A DNA stretch of 64,000 nt, from contig OZ024749.1 of NCBI GenBank assembly GCA_964016885.1, positions 4,650,001 to 4,714,000 on the forward strand. Direction: 5' to 3'. The first letter of the stretch is position 1. Each line of letters begins with the position of its first letter. This stretch comes from Eledone cirrhosa. Taxonomy: Eukaryota. The translations under genes and the position numbers were made by a program. Shown here piece after piece: positions 30,075 through 43,449 of this stretch. The notes under the pieces are model-generated. The model was not told where the DNA came from, did no database searches, and saw only the letters and a list, made by a program, of their open reading frames with translations.

Positions 30075-32102
30075 TACTCCAATCCCCACCGATAGTCGGG
30101 GCCGCTAAACTAATGCCCAGTGTGATGTACTATTAGAATATTTAGAGGGTTATTTGAGATGTAATACAATAGGATGAACCTCCAACAGGTTTCACTATGG
30201 TTATTCGATTAAACTGATGGCAGATCAATCCAGAAACCCGTGTCCCCTGATATTCAGTCAACGGCCATCGCATAAAGTATTATTTGTCTTTTGTCTGTTT
30301 TTTTATTATTTTGTCCAAGAGATTCCTAGTCTTCATTGTGACATCTCTCCAGAAGATCACTCTGATATAAAACCTGTGACTTCGTTTGCACCCAATGATG
30401 TAGACCAGTTCTTCTTGTTGGGTAAATGAATTAGATGTACAGAGAGCGGGATTGGATCCGTGGCCACCTGATATTCAGGGAGATACAATCTGACAAAGTT
30501 TGAGACAAGTCCTGGTCATTGAATTACACGTATAGAATATCCAAAAGCTTCCAAACATCGTCTGTCAACACAATTATACTCACAAGGCATGAGGCAACAG
30601 GAGGCTATCATAAAAGATACTGACGAAAGATGACATAAAGTCAGATCCAACCAGGGACCTAATAATGTCAAGGTGAACCTATTAAACATTCAACCATATA
30701 ATTAATAATAATTACGTATAATCAAATCACATGAAATTCAATGTATGAGAAATACGATGTTGATAATATTGTGGCAAGTCCTTAGTAACAGATGATTTAA
30801 TTACTCGTGTGTTATGCTGTTCAATCTATGTGAGAGGCAACTAACTTAGAACCGTTCAGCCTGTTATAGAATAATTGACGGAAAGAAGAATTTATCCACA
30901 CACCGGAGACCTGTTCTGGATTGTTGAAAGACATAACATTCCGCTAATGGGGCTCAAGGGACAGGTTGCGCAATTAATCCACGCTACATCTGAAATTTAC
31001 CCTCCAAATAAGCAATAGTGATATTTAAACTCAGAACACACACAGCGAGGAAATATTTCTCCCAATCCACAGGCCTGTGCTAGTACATTATTTTATTGAT
31101 ACCGAAAGAATGAAATTGAATGATAAGTTCGGCGAGGTTTGATGTCAACAAATCCGAGAAACACAACAAATACAGTTAAGTATATTCGTTGTAATTTTTA
31201 AAGATTGACTGCATATTTTTACCATATTTATTACTTATAAAGACTATGATACTCAAACTATAGAAGGTAAACTCTCCTTCAAGTATGTCTTTCAAACTTT
31301 GAAGTGAACATTCTTCATTAGACTGCGTCTTTTTCAGACAACTTCAGAAGCTCCGTCAGCGATTGTACTTTAAAATAAGTCTTACATTATCAAAGTCTCC
31401 CCACAAAATATATACATTCTTCCATTGCATTCTAACAAAACTGTATATACATTTTTTAGGACAACCTGTATATCCGGTGTGCTTCAATTTAATACTTTAG
31501 ACCCGCAATCAAACTTATCAAATATTTAATAATTTATCCATGAAACAACATTATATCAGCTTATTGACTCTGTTAAAAATATGTAAATAACATTTTAAAC
31601 TAGCATCAACATATATGTTAACTATAGTACATTAAGTATATTCATTGAAAACAAATTGGGAATGCATAGAAAGTAGTTATATAAAGGAGAATTCTAACCG
31701 ACAATACCGTTTTATCTTATCTCTAAACATACTAAGCGTATATGAAAATTTGCGAAGAAAGCAGAAATTAGCACATTCTGTATTCACTAAAGTGAATATA
31801 TAAATAAGTATGAAAGAATACAAAACAATATTATACATTATCTATATTGTTAGCACAAGTTAAATCTTTTAACAACGGGATTTCATACATTCTATGAGAA
31901 ATTAAAATACAAAACATACACATGTATATATATATCTGTTTGTGTGTGTATGTGTGTGTGTATGTGTGTGTATGTGTGTGTGTTTGTGTGTGTGTATATA
32001 TATGTATATATTCATATATATATATATGTATATATTCATATATATATACATGTATATATACATATATATATGTGTGTGACATACTATATAATATAATATA
32101 AT

Positions 32103-32204
32103 ATAATTGTTTCTACTTTAGGCACAGGGCCAGCAATTACCAGTGCATTACTGGTACTTTATTTTATCGACCCCGTAAGGATGAAAGGCAAAGTCAACCT
32201 CGGC
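32103..32204 (-). mobile_element. SINE (Meta-domain-like) 3' fragment
   Basis: Same core as 62494-62684. Confidence 0.85.
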
Positions 32205-32224
32205 AATGTAATATATATATATAC

Positions 32225-32560
32225 GTTATTCCGGGTTGAATCGGAGGTAACCACAGTAAGTAAGGTACTCAATACATAGCAGAGTATACAAGTTTTAATA
32301 TAGATGAGATTCTACAGGACTAGAACTGTTTCATTCTTTAGAAATCATCAGGTATCTGGCTATCCAAAAATATGTTTGCTATGTATAGGTCTTTTCAGGT
32401 GGTAGGAGAGGGTAGAGTGGGATGGGTGTAGGTCATTGGTTGATAGAAAAGGGAATTCATTAAAGGCTAATTCTTCAAAGCTATAATTTATATTTAGAGT
32501 AACAAAGGCAGAAATAATTCTATAAACAAGTTCAGAATGGGGTGCCACTCCTTATTTTTA
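32225..32560 (-). mobile_element. Solo PLE pLTR (family Q) with hammerhead
   Basis: Reverse complement aligns with 59343-59590; hammerhead at 32307-32357. Confidence 0.78.
32307..32357 (-). ncRNA. Type-I hammerhead ribozyme (family Q)
   Basis: AGAUAC-CUGAUGA-uUUC(uaaa)GAAu-GAAACAG(uucuaguc)CUGUA^GAAUCU. Confidence 0.68.
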
Positions 32561-32609
32561 AGTTTCTCTTAAGCTATATTCCAGGTGTCAACATACGCAT
32601 TCACAAACG

Positions 32610-32804
32610 CACACACACATACACACACACACGCATCCATACATATATGTATATATATATTTATATATATATATATATATATACATGTATATATATGTAT
32701 ATATATATGCATATATATACACATAAACATATATATATATATATATATATGCATATATATACACATAAACATATATATATATATGCATATATATGCACAC
32801 ATAA

Positions 32805-32885
<81 letters not shown>

Positions 32886-33005
32886 CACACATATATATAC
32901 ACATACATATATACATACATATACACATACATACATATATGCAAATATATATATATAAATATATATACACACATACACACATACATATACATACACATAT
33001 ATAAA

Positions 33006-33047
<42 letters not shown>

Positions 33048-33064
33048 TATATACAAACACATAC

Positions 33065-33123
<59 letters not shown>

Positions 33124-33252
33124 CACATATGCACACATACACATACATATATACATATATACATATATAAATATATATATACATACACACACATATATAC
33201 ACATAAATACATATATACACATATATATACACATATGTATATACTCATATAT

Positions 33253-33295
<43 letters not shown>

Positions 33296-33334
33296 TATAT
33301 ATACACATATATATATATATGCATATATATGCAC

Positions 33335-33375
<41 letters not shown>

Positions 33376-33509
33376 CGCACATACACACATATATATACAC
33401 ATACATATATACATACATATACACATACATACATATATGCATATATATATATATAAATATATATACACACATACACACATACATATACATACACATATAT
33501 AAATATATG

Positions 33510-33557
<48 letters not shown>

Positions 33558-33795
33558 TATATACAAACCTCATACAGATATATATATATATATATATATA
33601 GGAACCAGTAAGACCCCGACAGCTGAGCTCAAGCCGTTTCGACGGCTAATTCTGGACGGAATTAGCCGTCGAAACGGCTTGAGCTCAGCTGTCGGGGTCT
33701 TACTGGTTCCTATTACCCACTCTACGACCTCAAGTATTGAGTACTTTGGTGCGTTATGGTCCACCTGGTTCCTTACCACATTTCCTTCTTTATAT

Positions 33796-33826
<31 letters not shown>

Positions 33827-33863
33827 CATATACACATATACACACATACACATACATATATAC

Positions 33864-33902
<39 letters not shown>

Positions 33903-34160
33903 CTCACACATATATACACATAAATACATATATACACAATATGTATACACATATGTATATACTCATATATACACATACATATACATAAACATATACACAC
34001 GCTTACACATAACTATATATATATACACACATACATATATATATACACATATACATACATATATATGTATACATATATATATATATATATATATACATAT
34101 ATACACACATACATATACACACACATATACACAAACACACACATATATATATATATATAC

Positions 34161-34201
<41 letters not shown>
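32610..34201. repeat. Compound (TA)/(CA) microsatellite with internal block duplications, interrupted by a family P element
   Basis: Direct reading; 32880-33070 recurs near 33380-33580. Confidence 0.95.
33598..33790 (+). mobile_element. Fold-back palindromic pLTR element (family P)
   Basis: Perfect ~55-bp arms at 33598-33713 around TGGACG; the right arm reads stem II-GAAACGGCU(ugagcuc)AGCUGUC^GGGGUC. Confidence 0.8.
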
Positions 34202-34204
<3 letters not shown>

Positions 34205-34246
34205 GAGGAGGTTATAGTTCACTTGAAGCATTGTATGATGAGGTAT

Positions 34247-34634
34247 AAACGTGTGTATATGTATAATAAAGCCAAAACAATGTAGGTATGGAAATGCAAA
34301 AGATATTGTTTACAATTAGTCTTTTGCCTTAGATTTATTTAAACGTCCTTAATTTTCGAGATAATATCTCTTCTTCGGAGGGAAGTAAAGCGGTTAAACC
34401 AGTGTTCTAAATAGCTTGCCAAGTCATTTCCTGTCACCATGACTTGGCAAGCTATGTAGAAGACTGGTTTAACCGTTTTACTTCCCTCCGAAGAAGAGAT
34501 ATTATCTCGAAAATTAAGGACATTTAAATAAATCTAAGGTAAAAGACTAATTGTAAACAATATCTTTTGCATTTGCATTCTTTATTCTATGTCCACACCT
34601 GCATTGTTTTGGCTTTATTATACATATACAAACG

Positions 34635-34636
<2 letters not shown>
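34247..34636. mobile_element. ~390-bp fold-back element (~180-bp arms) with a hammerhead-like motif in each arm
   Basis: Arms pair around the spacer ttcctgtcacc (~34428-34438). Motif CCU-CCGAAGA-A-GAGAUA(u)UAUCUC-GAAA-AUUA-AGG at 34485-34519 and mirrored at ~34347-34381. Confidence 0.72.
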
Positions 34637-34938
<302 letters not shown>

Positions 34939-35869
34939 GGTTTGCGAATGTGTCTGTTGACACCTGGAATATATATAAGTACTATAATATAAAACACAAA
35001 ATGAATATATTGTGTTCCTATATAATTTATCTCGTAGCGTAAATTATGAATGTATGAAGTTGAATATATTTTGCCTTCAATGATTTCGTCGCAAATCATT
35101 TCATTATCTATTTATGATCCGTTGGGATTCATTGATGTATTCGATTGTCAATTAAATAATAAAGAAAATACTACTTATATTACTAATACAACCACTATTA
35201 CCATCACTACTACTACGATGATGATGATGATGATGATGAGAATTAAAAGAAGAAGAAGAAGAAGAAGAAGAAAAAGGAAAAGACTAGGAAGAATAAGAAG
35301 GATGGTGTTGAAGATGAGGCGAAGTAAAGGAATATGAAGAATGATGATGATGATGATGGGAGAGAAGTATGTTACTACGATTCTCATGTTTATTACGGGT
35401 AACTGAATATTATTGTCAAGCAGTTTTATTCACTCTTATTAATAATAATTTCCGACATGGAAAGTAGGTCAGTAAATTTGGAAAGGAAGGACGAACCTAT
35501 AAGGGGATACTTGATTATATTCACCCCAGTTTTTAACTGGTACTTTATGGTATCGACCTCTAGATTTACCAAAGTTAAATCTGAAAGTTTACAATTCATA
35601 TTTTAACGTCTTTATCTAAAATTATACAGCAAACACCTATGACCATATGACAAAGTCACATTCAAAGAAAGAGATCAACTTTATTTGGTGACATATAAAA
35701 ATCAGTGTCGTTAGAGTATTTCCATAAAGCACATGGATGGACTTTGCAATTGCGGGAAAAAAAAAAACAGTTATGAATTTTGGAACGATTGGTATACACC
35801 AATACTGCTGTAGGGCAACTACTTACGTACACAGAAGTCGAAAACAAAAGCCGCATTCATATATATATA

Positions 35870-35975
35870 ATGAAGGACTAGCGTCCGAAACGTTAGTGCC
35901 CTCATCCTGCCATATCGTATGTTAACCTAGTATATCCCTTCCATATACTGTAGCGAATGTGCTGTTATTTCTGTT
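35870..35975 (+). mobile_element. Truncated pLTR starting inside a hammerhead
   Basis: (TA)n|aUGA-A-GGAC(uagc)GUCC-GAAACGUU; the 5' CUG of the core is replaced by the TA array. Confidence 0.45.
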
Positions 35976-36006
35976 TACCTTTTATATATATATATGCTAA
36001 TAATAT

Positions 36007-36072
36007 TCGAGGTTAACTTTGCCTTTCATCCTTCCGAGGTCGATATAATAAAGTACCAGTAATGCACTGGTA
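36007..36072 (+). mobile_element. SINE (Meta-domain-like) core fragment
   Basis: cgaggttaactttgcctttcatccttccgaggtcgatataataaagtaccagtaatgcactgg. Confidence 0.8.
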
Positions 36073-36084
36073 CCCCCGCTCTAT

Positions 36085-37190
36085 CTCTTACTCACCTTGG
36101 TGGAATCGTTCGCCTTGTTCTTCTGGAGTAGGTGCCCTTGAATTTTTGAATGTGAGCGTCCAGCATATGGAGTTTACGCGACATCCTGCATCCCATGGCG
36201 CAAAAAGACTTTATCAGATCCTGCACCAGTTGCTGGTAGTTTTCAGCTCTGTCGTTGCCCAGGAAGCCCTTAACAACTGCCTTGAAACAGTTCCATGCTG
36301 TTCTTTCAATCCTATTGAGGTTATTGAAGAACTCGGTAGACTCAAACACCTTCTTTATCTGAGGTCCAACAAAAATTGATTTTGGCCTCAGATAACTTGG
36401 GGAAGAACTCAAGAAGGTACTTAAAAGCGGCTGATTCTTGGTTGAGAGCCTTCAGAAACTGCTTCATCAACCCCAACTTAATGTGCAGTGGCGGCATGAT
36501 CACAATCCTGGGATCAACCAGTGGCTGCCACATGATGTTCCGGGTCCCAACTACAAATTCTGTTCGCTGCTCCTAGTTCTTTCTTTTGTAGTGGTCAGAG
36601 ATGGCTCTGCTGTCCCAAAGGCAGAGGAAGCATTAGAATTTGATAAAGCCTCCTTGGAGTCCAAGCAGGAAAGCCACCATCTTGAAGTCTCCAATGTTTT
36701 CCGAAGTGTACTGGTTGTATTGCAGAGCTGTCAAGAGGACTTTCACACTGTAGTATTCTTCCTTCAGACAGATTGAATGAGCTAGGGGCAGTGTCGGGAA
36801 TATGTTTCCATTCTGGAGCAGGACAGCCTTCAAACTTGTGGTGGAGCTGTCTATAAGAAACCGCCACTCCTTGGGCACAAAGGGCACCCCAATAACGTTA
36901 AACAGTCTAGGCACTTCATGGCAGAAGCAGAAGCCATCCCGAAGAGTGTAAAGGCCTGAGAAGGGTTCGTGTCGACTTCTCTGACTTGTCACCTGCACTT
37001 CCTATTTGACCAAGTTCCACTGCTTCATCCTGGAGACGAATAGCTCTGCTTTGGACTTGGTCAGACCCATACCCTGACCAAGTCATTGAATTCTTTTTAG
37101 TTTGGGAAATGAGGAACTTTTTCTGGAACCTCAAGCAGGTAAACCAAGTCCTCAGCATCCATCTCCTCCTCTTCATCAGAATACTTATCT
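36085..37190 (-). mobile_element. Chapaev (CMC superfamily) DNA transposase, frameshifted
   Basis: WRFLIDSS..SLKAVLL.NGN, GDFKMV..LLGLQGGFIKF*CFLCLWDSR (C2C), PPLHIKLGLMKQF, IFVGPQI, KLHMLDAH (H4H) and EEQGERFHQ. Confidence 0.85.
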
Positions 37191-37777
37191 TGCAAAATAA
37201 ATTTAATATACAATACAAAATAAATATTGGAAAGGGAAATACATATTTAAATAATATAAAAGAACATTAATCATACTAATGAAAATTCGTGCTTAAAACA
37301 CAACTTACCCTTTATTCAGGGTGCTAAAACCAGTATCAATAAATCTCTTTAATCCACATTTTAACAATGTTATACTTTATTGCATTTTCAGAATTTTCTT
37401 TAGGTATTACTCGTTATTTTATAATTTTAATTTAACCTGAAACATATATAGAAAAACATCATTTAACATAAGCAAATTAAATTTACATACAACATAAAAT
37501 CCAGCATACAAATAATTCTAGTGAATAGCTTAGAATATTTACAATCCCAAATGTTTAACTGTTTAATAGCACTTTTTTTTTTATTTATTTGGGACATAGG
37601 CAAGACAAAAAAAAATGATTAAAGCCAGGAAGAGGGGAAAAAATTGTTTTGTTACACGTAATACATCTGATAATTACCAGATGTATTACAGAGCCGAGAT
37701 GCAAAATATAAAACATTCACATTTTTGCTTAATACATTTAAATGTATTTAGCAAGAAGTTGATTGTTTTATATTTTG

Positions 37778-37868
<91 letters not shown>

Positions 37869-38454
37869 TTCCCCTTCAAAAACTTGTTTTTTGTCTTGCC
37901 CCGTTTTCGCTTGTTGTCTTGTTTTCTCATTGTTAAGTTTCCTATATATTAGTAATCGTTTTCCGTTATTTGAGTCTATGAATCTTAGTAACGTGGATCG
38001 AGGACTGTTTCGTGATACAGTTTTTTTTCTGATTCAACATATCGACTTCTGCTAGACGTTGTTCTTATGTCGACTTCCGCAGGTATCGCAATCGATAATC
38101 CATGGCGTATTTAAAATTAAATAATAAGTTACACGAATACACCGTTCACTCTACAAGAAGAAAAAACATTTATTTCAATAAATGCTTTTCCTTTATGTAC
38201 AATGAAGAAATAACCTTTTTATTAATAGTAACACATCTTTGTTGAGTTGATTTAAACAGTTTTCGGCTGCTATTTCTAGCAGTCGTTATGAGCCCGTCAC
38301 ATTGTTGTATATATATATATATACATGATGATGATGGCTGCCCTCTAGTTACGAATATGCTCATTGCACGATATACCATTATTAATAATTATTAATTAAT
38401 TCTATCGTGCAATGCATGTGCGTGAAGATATTTTTTAAAGTGAGGAAAAACTGT

Positions 38455-38630
38455 GCACTGAGCCAATCCCACTCTCTGAGCAACAGTAGCTATAACCCGA
38501 AAAGAAGAAAAGATCAGCATCATCGGTAACTACTGAGCCGCAGGTTTTATATCGGAGTTATCCCAGTTTCCTGAATTGCCTTCTCTTCTCCTATGATAAT
38601 GCCCTGACAAAGGTTAGGGGGTCCTTCACT
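38455..38630 (-). mobile_element. Diverged older relative of the family A RTE-derived repeat (others at ~30345-30455 and ~51113-51305)
   Basis: gccaatcccactctc...aaaagaaga...gcaggttttatatcggagtt...cttctcct...gacaaaggttagggggtc aligns with the family A reverse complement. Confidence 0.6.
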
Positions 38631-40867
38631 ATCAGTGGTTTAACCGCATGATCGGGTGTTCAGCACGACTATTTCTATGTCCTACATACATACATACATA
38701 CATATATACATACATACGGTGAACATCTGTTGAGTTTCTTGATGAGGGTTTCACGTCATTTATTCAGCAGAAAAGCCTGATTGTAAAATAAACTTTGAAG
38801 TGAACGACTATTCAATACACACGTGACCACCTACCTAAATCTTCTTGGAGAGGCAGCCTGAAACAGTTTCCAACATTAGCTGTTTGAATTATTGCCTCAG
38901 TCGATCTGACGAATATCCTAGCAGTTTGGGTCAACCAAATTTTACTCACAAAGTTTAGGCTGACCCAAGTTTATGATAACTGGATCTTGATCAGGTTGTG
39001 GAATGGAACACATGACCGTATCGTAAACCGATGGTATGTTTCACAAAATATTGAGACAATGCGCTAAGGAGAAACTATTCTGAAAACAATTATCATGTTG
39101 CTCAAACTACGAGAGAGAGCAGTAATAACTCCGTTAAAGCACCTCTTGATGATGAATACATTTTATAACATAATCCTAATTATGGTGTGTCTGCAAATAT
39201 ATTGGAATTATAATATCCAGTGCGTCTTTTAACATATAGCTTCTCTATCAAGAACGACTATGAGCTAATCAAGTGGAACAACTACAAAAACATTTTAATG
39301 ATCAGTTATCACGTCTAATTGCTAAGGAGTTATTAATTTTCATATAAGATACAACATTATTAATCTTTTCTTAATTATCGTGAAGATGTCATCGGCGATC
39401 AATTTTAAATATATATAATTGTATAAATGAATTACATGAGGTTAAAAATGAGATGAAATTCAATAAACAAATAATTACTGGAGTGTCCTTCGCGTGTCCT
39501 TGGCTGCCTATTTAGAGAAAGAAGAAAGTTATGAATAGTGAAAATGTAAAGTATTGCCATTATATGTGTATACCCGGCAATTGATAGAACACGATGTATT
39601 ATGTGAAGACTTGCCAAACTTTTTAAATCCAGACATATTATTTTAAGAGATTATTACCGTTATTATTTTTTTTAAGACGGAATTTTTCGGCGCGATTTTT
39701 ATTACATTTCAAATTTATCGATTTGTTTTTCAATGTAAAGTTTATATCTTCTGAAAAAATTAGAATGACCACAAAGAATGATTCTAAAGTTAGAATGAAG
39801 GTGAATATTCTTTACTTCAGACGCGAATCCGGAATTTTCACGTGACACGATTGTGATTCTCATGCTAAGAATGATTTACTCTAGTACATAGGTTTTAACC
39901 ATTGTTTCCCCATATATCCAATGAAAAACAGCCTATGATGTTTAATTTTGCAAATAATCACAGATTAGTAGGTATTGAGTCAAATAACCATCTCATAAAG
40001 TTGGTGTTTATAACGAAACGCATATTTTGTTCGGGGGTGGGGGACTTAAAATTAGGATATAATGTTTTCATATATAAATATGAAGAAATTAGAACATAAA
40101 ATCAAGACAGTTTTGGACAGTAAATTAACGTAAAGGTGAAGCTATGATGTCACGACAGATTTGTTAACCAATTTTGCCATATGACGATGTCTTGCATGAA
40201 GCTAGGTAAATATTATTACATTCAGAAATGATTCTTATTGAATCTCACTTGTCGATATATTTACAGTTTGTTATATGTGATAAAATGAATATTTTAAAAT
40301 AATTTTAATACTCATTACTCCTTTTATATATTGTTAAACATATATATCTGGTTGTGTGGTTTAACATGTTCAGAGTACAATTCGGTGTGTCATGAATAAA
40401 AAAATATTCAAACCTGATGAACGTGACAGCTCTGTGCTTACAGCAAATTAATGTTGCTGAAACATTTCTCTCAATTTAATTAAAGGCACATAACCTTATG
40501 ACAAGGATGTTCAGCTAACGGTCGTATTTTCTACGGTGCTGTTCCTGGACAGGGTGTCTCGTTGTGACTTGCAGTAAGCCCTTTTTTTGTCACATTGCCT
40601 CATTCCACCCAGCTAAAGAATTAGTAGCAACATCTACGGAATAAACATCCCTTCTAGCGTAGCATTCATGAGGGATGGAGGGCTGGTATTTTCTTAGCCA
40701 TTTAACGCCAATGAAACATGAATTAACTGGCGGGTTCATGGGTCTCACGTATTTGGAGAAAATTGTAACATTTTAAATATTCTAATCAATTCAGGCCGTT
40801 AACAAATTAATCCGTGAGAAAACTCCACAGGTAAGCCATTTCTCTGACCATTACCCCGGAAAGCCAT

Positions 40868-40949
<82 letters not shown>

Positions 40950-41047
40950 ATGTATAATAAACAATACAATATAATTACCTCATTACCAGAGGTTTTCCGA
41001 ATAAGACGAATACAAAAAATCATCCTCAATCGTTCATCGGACAAAGC

Positions 41048-41088
<41 letters not shown>

Positions 41089-41187
41089 ATATATAAATAT
41101 TTAAGTTACTCAGTGCTTAAATAGTTAATGTATTAAGCAAACAAATAATAAAGAAGATTCGACCCTTCTTGACACAGAAGGTGATAA

Positions 41188-41494
41188 GGCGCGTGGCTTT
41201 CTGGTTAGGGTATACGGGTCACAATCGTAAGGTCGTGGATTCGGTTCCCGGCGGGGCGTTTTGTCCTTGAGTAATATATTTTATTTCACATTGCTCTAGT
41301 TCCCACAGCTGGAAAACATGAGTTGTACCTATAATTCGAGAGGCCAGCCCCCTCACATTCTGCGTCACGCTGAATCTCCCATAGAACTACGTTTCTCTGG
41401 AATGCTCAGCCACTTGCACTTTAATTTTACGAGCAGGCTGTTCCGTTGATCGGATCAACTGGAAGACTCGTCGTCGTAACCGATGGAGTGCCAG
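41188..41494 (+). mobile_element. tRNA-derived CORE-type SINE
   Basis: Head GGCGCGTGGCTTTCTGGTTAGG...GGATTCGGTTCCCGGC (A/B boxes), CORE-like GTCCTTGAG....TTTATTTCAC and a 3' body ending cgtcgtcgtaaccgatggagtgccag. Confidence 0.8.
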
Positions 41495-43407
41495 TTAGTC
41501 AGTCAGCCATTTCAACTCTAGTTTCCCGTGCGTGAAAGAGACGTAGCAAGATAACTCCCCTCGTTTATAGGCCAGACTATCGAATGCTAGTTTTACGCCG
41601 GTAAGAAGTTAAGGTGAAATCATAAGCAAACTATACAGTCGTCAATTTTACGCGTATTTCTCCAGATCAAGTATGTACATGAATGGGGAAGTATGTGTAT
41701 TCAAAAATAGCTGCCATATTGAAACCTTTATTGGTGAAAATTAAACAACTCACATTTTTCATTACGAAGATTGTCTCGATATTCAAAATAGAAAAAAAAT
41801 GTTATAATCAGGAAAGCCAGATTGATTAACGTCGGTCTATTAACTTTATTAATTGGAAAATTATCACAATTATTAAGCCATCTAGAAAGATATAAGTACG
41901 TCTATATTATGTGGCGAGCAATCACTTAAGCTGTAGATAGATTTATATTCATTTGAGAAAGAAATGCATGAAAAATAATATAGATTATAAAATGAATTTG
42001 TTAATTACAGGAAATCTCCTTATGATTTTCGTGGTATCAACACATATGTAAATACCACAGCAGTTTTACACTAAACATTAATTTAAGTGTAAATGTATAG
42101 TTTCACGTGGATTGTAGTTTACCTTTCACTATTTAAATTTTTCCTGTTGTCAGAGCACTGAGTTTGAACACCTCCGGAGGTAAATTTCCTATGCCAGTCA
42201 TGCGTTTTGTGTCGATGAATGTAACAGTCTAGTGGGTGATGCTGTGGCGGAATTGGTAAAAACTTCGACATGATATTTAGCCATATATCTGCCATTCATC
42301 TGTTCGGTGTGGATAATTTCTTATTTCAGTCTAGCCTGTTTAATTATGGTTAGACGAAAGGTGCAGGAACTATAATTATGTATAGGAGGTGCAAGAGCTG
42401 TATGAATACAAGGGGGTGTAGCAGCTGTGTGTATAGAAGGGAGATACAGTGTCTGCATGTATAGAGGAGTGGTGTAAGCGTGGTTTGGAATAAGTATTGA
42501 TCTACCAGCTCATTTATGTTCCAGTTCAAATATATGGTCGGCTGCTGGTTTAATGCGTATTTTTACAAACATGGGCATCTTTTGACTTTATTTTCAGGAC
42601 TAGACATTCCAATATGTTCTTCGATACATAAGGCGGTATGTTACCCACCTCCTCCCTCAATAATTCATTAACTATCGGAGACTATAATACATACAATTTG
42701 ATCCATGCAGTTAATCATGACGATAGTAATCTTGAATAGAATTAATTTTAAGGAACATGATTGGAAAGCCTTACATAAGCTAGGGAAGCTGTATTTCAAT
42801 GATAATTTGATAATTTGGTTTAGTGACAGATCCGTGGCGACAAAATCATAGTTTTCTAAGACATTACTTCTATGATATAGATAAATCCTTCTTTTATGAG
42901 ATAGTGTTTTCAAAACTCTCTTCTACACCTCTCATAAAATATCTAAGCTCTCAACATACATTTTTATCTATTCGCTATTTACTAAGTGAAACTATTAATA
43001 TAACCAAATGGTTAGGGTTCTGGATTGTCTGTCATGAGGATGGAGGTGAGGTATATTTCAAAATAAATTACCGTTATAGATCTCAACTATTTAAAAGATA
43101 AAATCAGAATTGCAAATAAATACTGAGACAATAGAATAATGAAAATCCATTTTCTCATAATTCCGGCTGTTTCTGTGAAGTGAGAGAAAGATAGTTTCAA
43201 CAAATTCATATTTGTAATGGAGTGGTTGCACATAATCTTGGACCGAATGGGTTTCTGCAAGTGCACCAACAGATACAATTCGCAATATGTTGTTACAATG
43301 GCAACATTAGTGCAAATATTCTTGCCAGATTGATGCAAAGTATTCTCAGGTAATATTATTAATCTGCGAGAGAATCGAGGTATCCTGCTCAGCTCCGTCC
43401 GTCGGTC

Positions 43408-43449
<42 letters not shown>

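Noticed and set aside
35050-35387. ORFs with poly-T/M/R or poly-I/L tracts
   Set aside because: They come from trinucleotide microsatellites (ACT, GAT, GAA).
43072-43172. Signal-peptide-like exon on the - strand (MRKWIFIILLSQYLFAILILSFK) with good-looking splice sites
   Set aside because: An in-frame TAG precedes the donor and no linked exons are recognisable; hydrophobic frames arise easily in AT-rich DNA.
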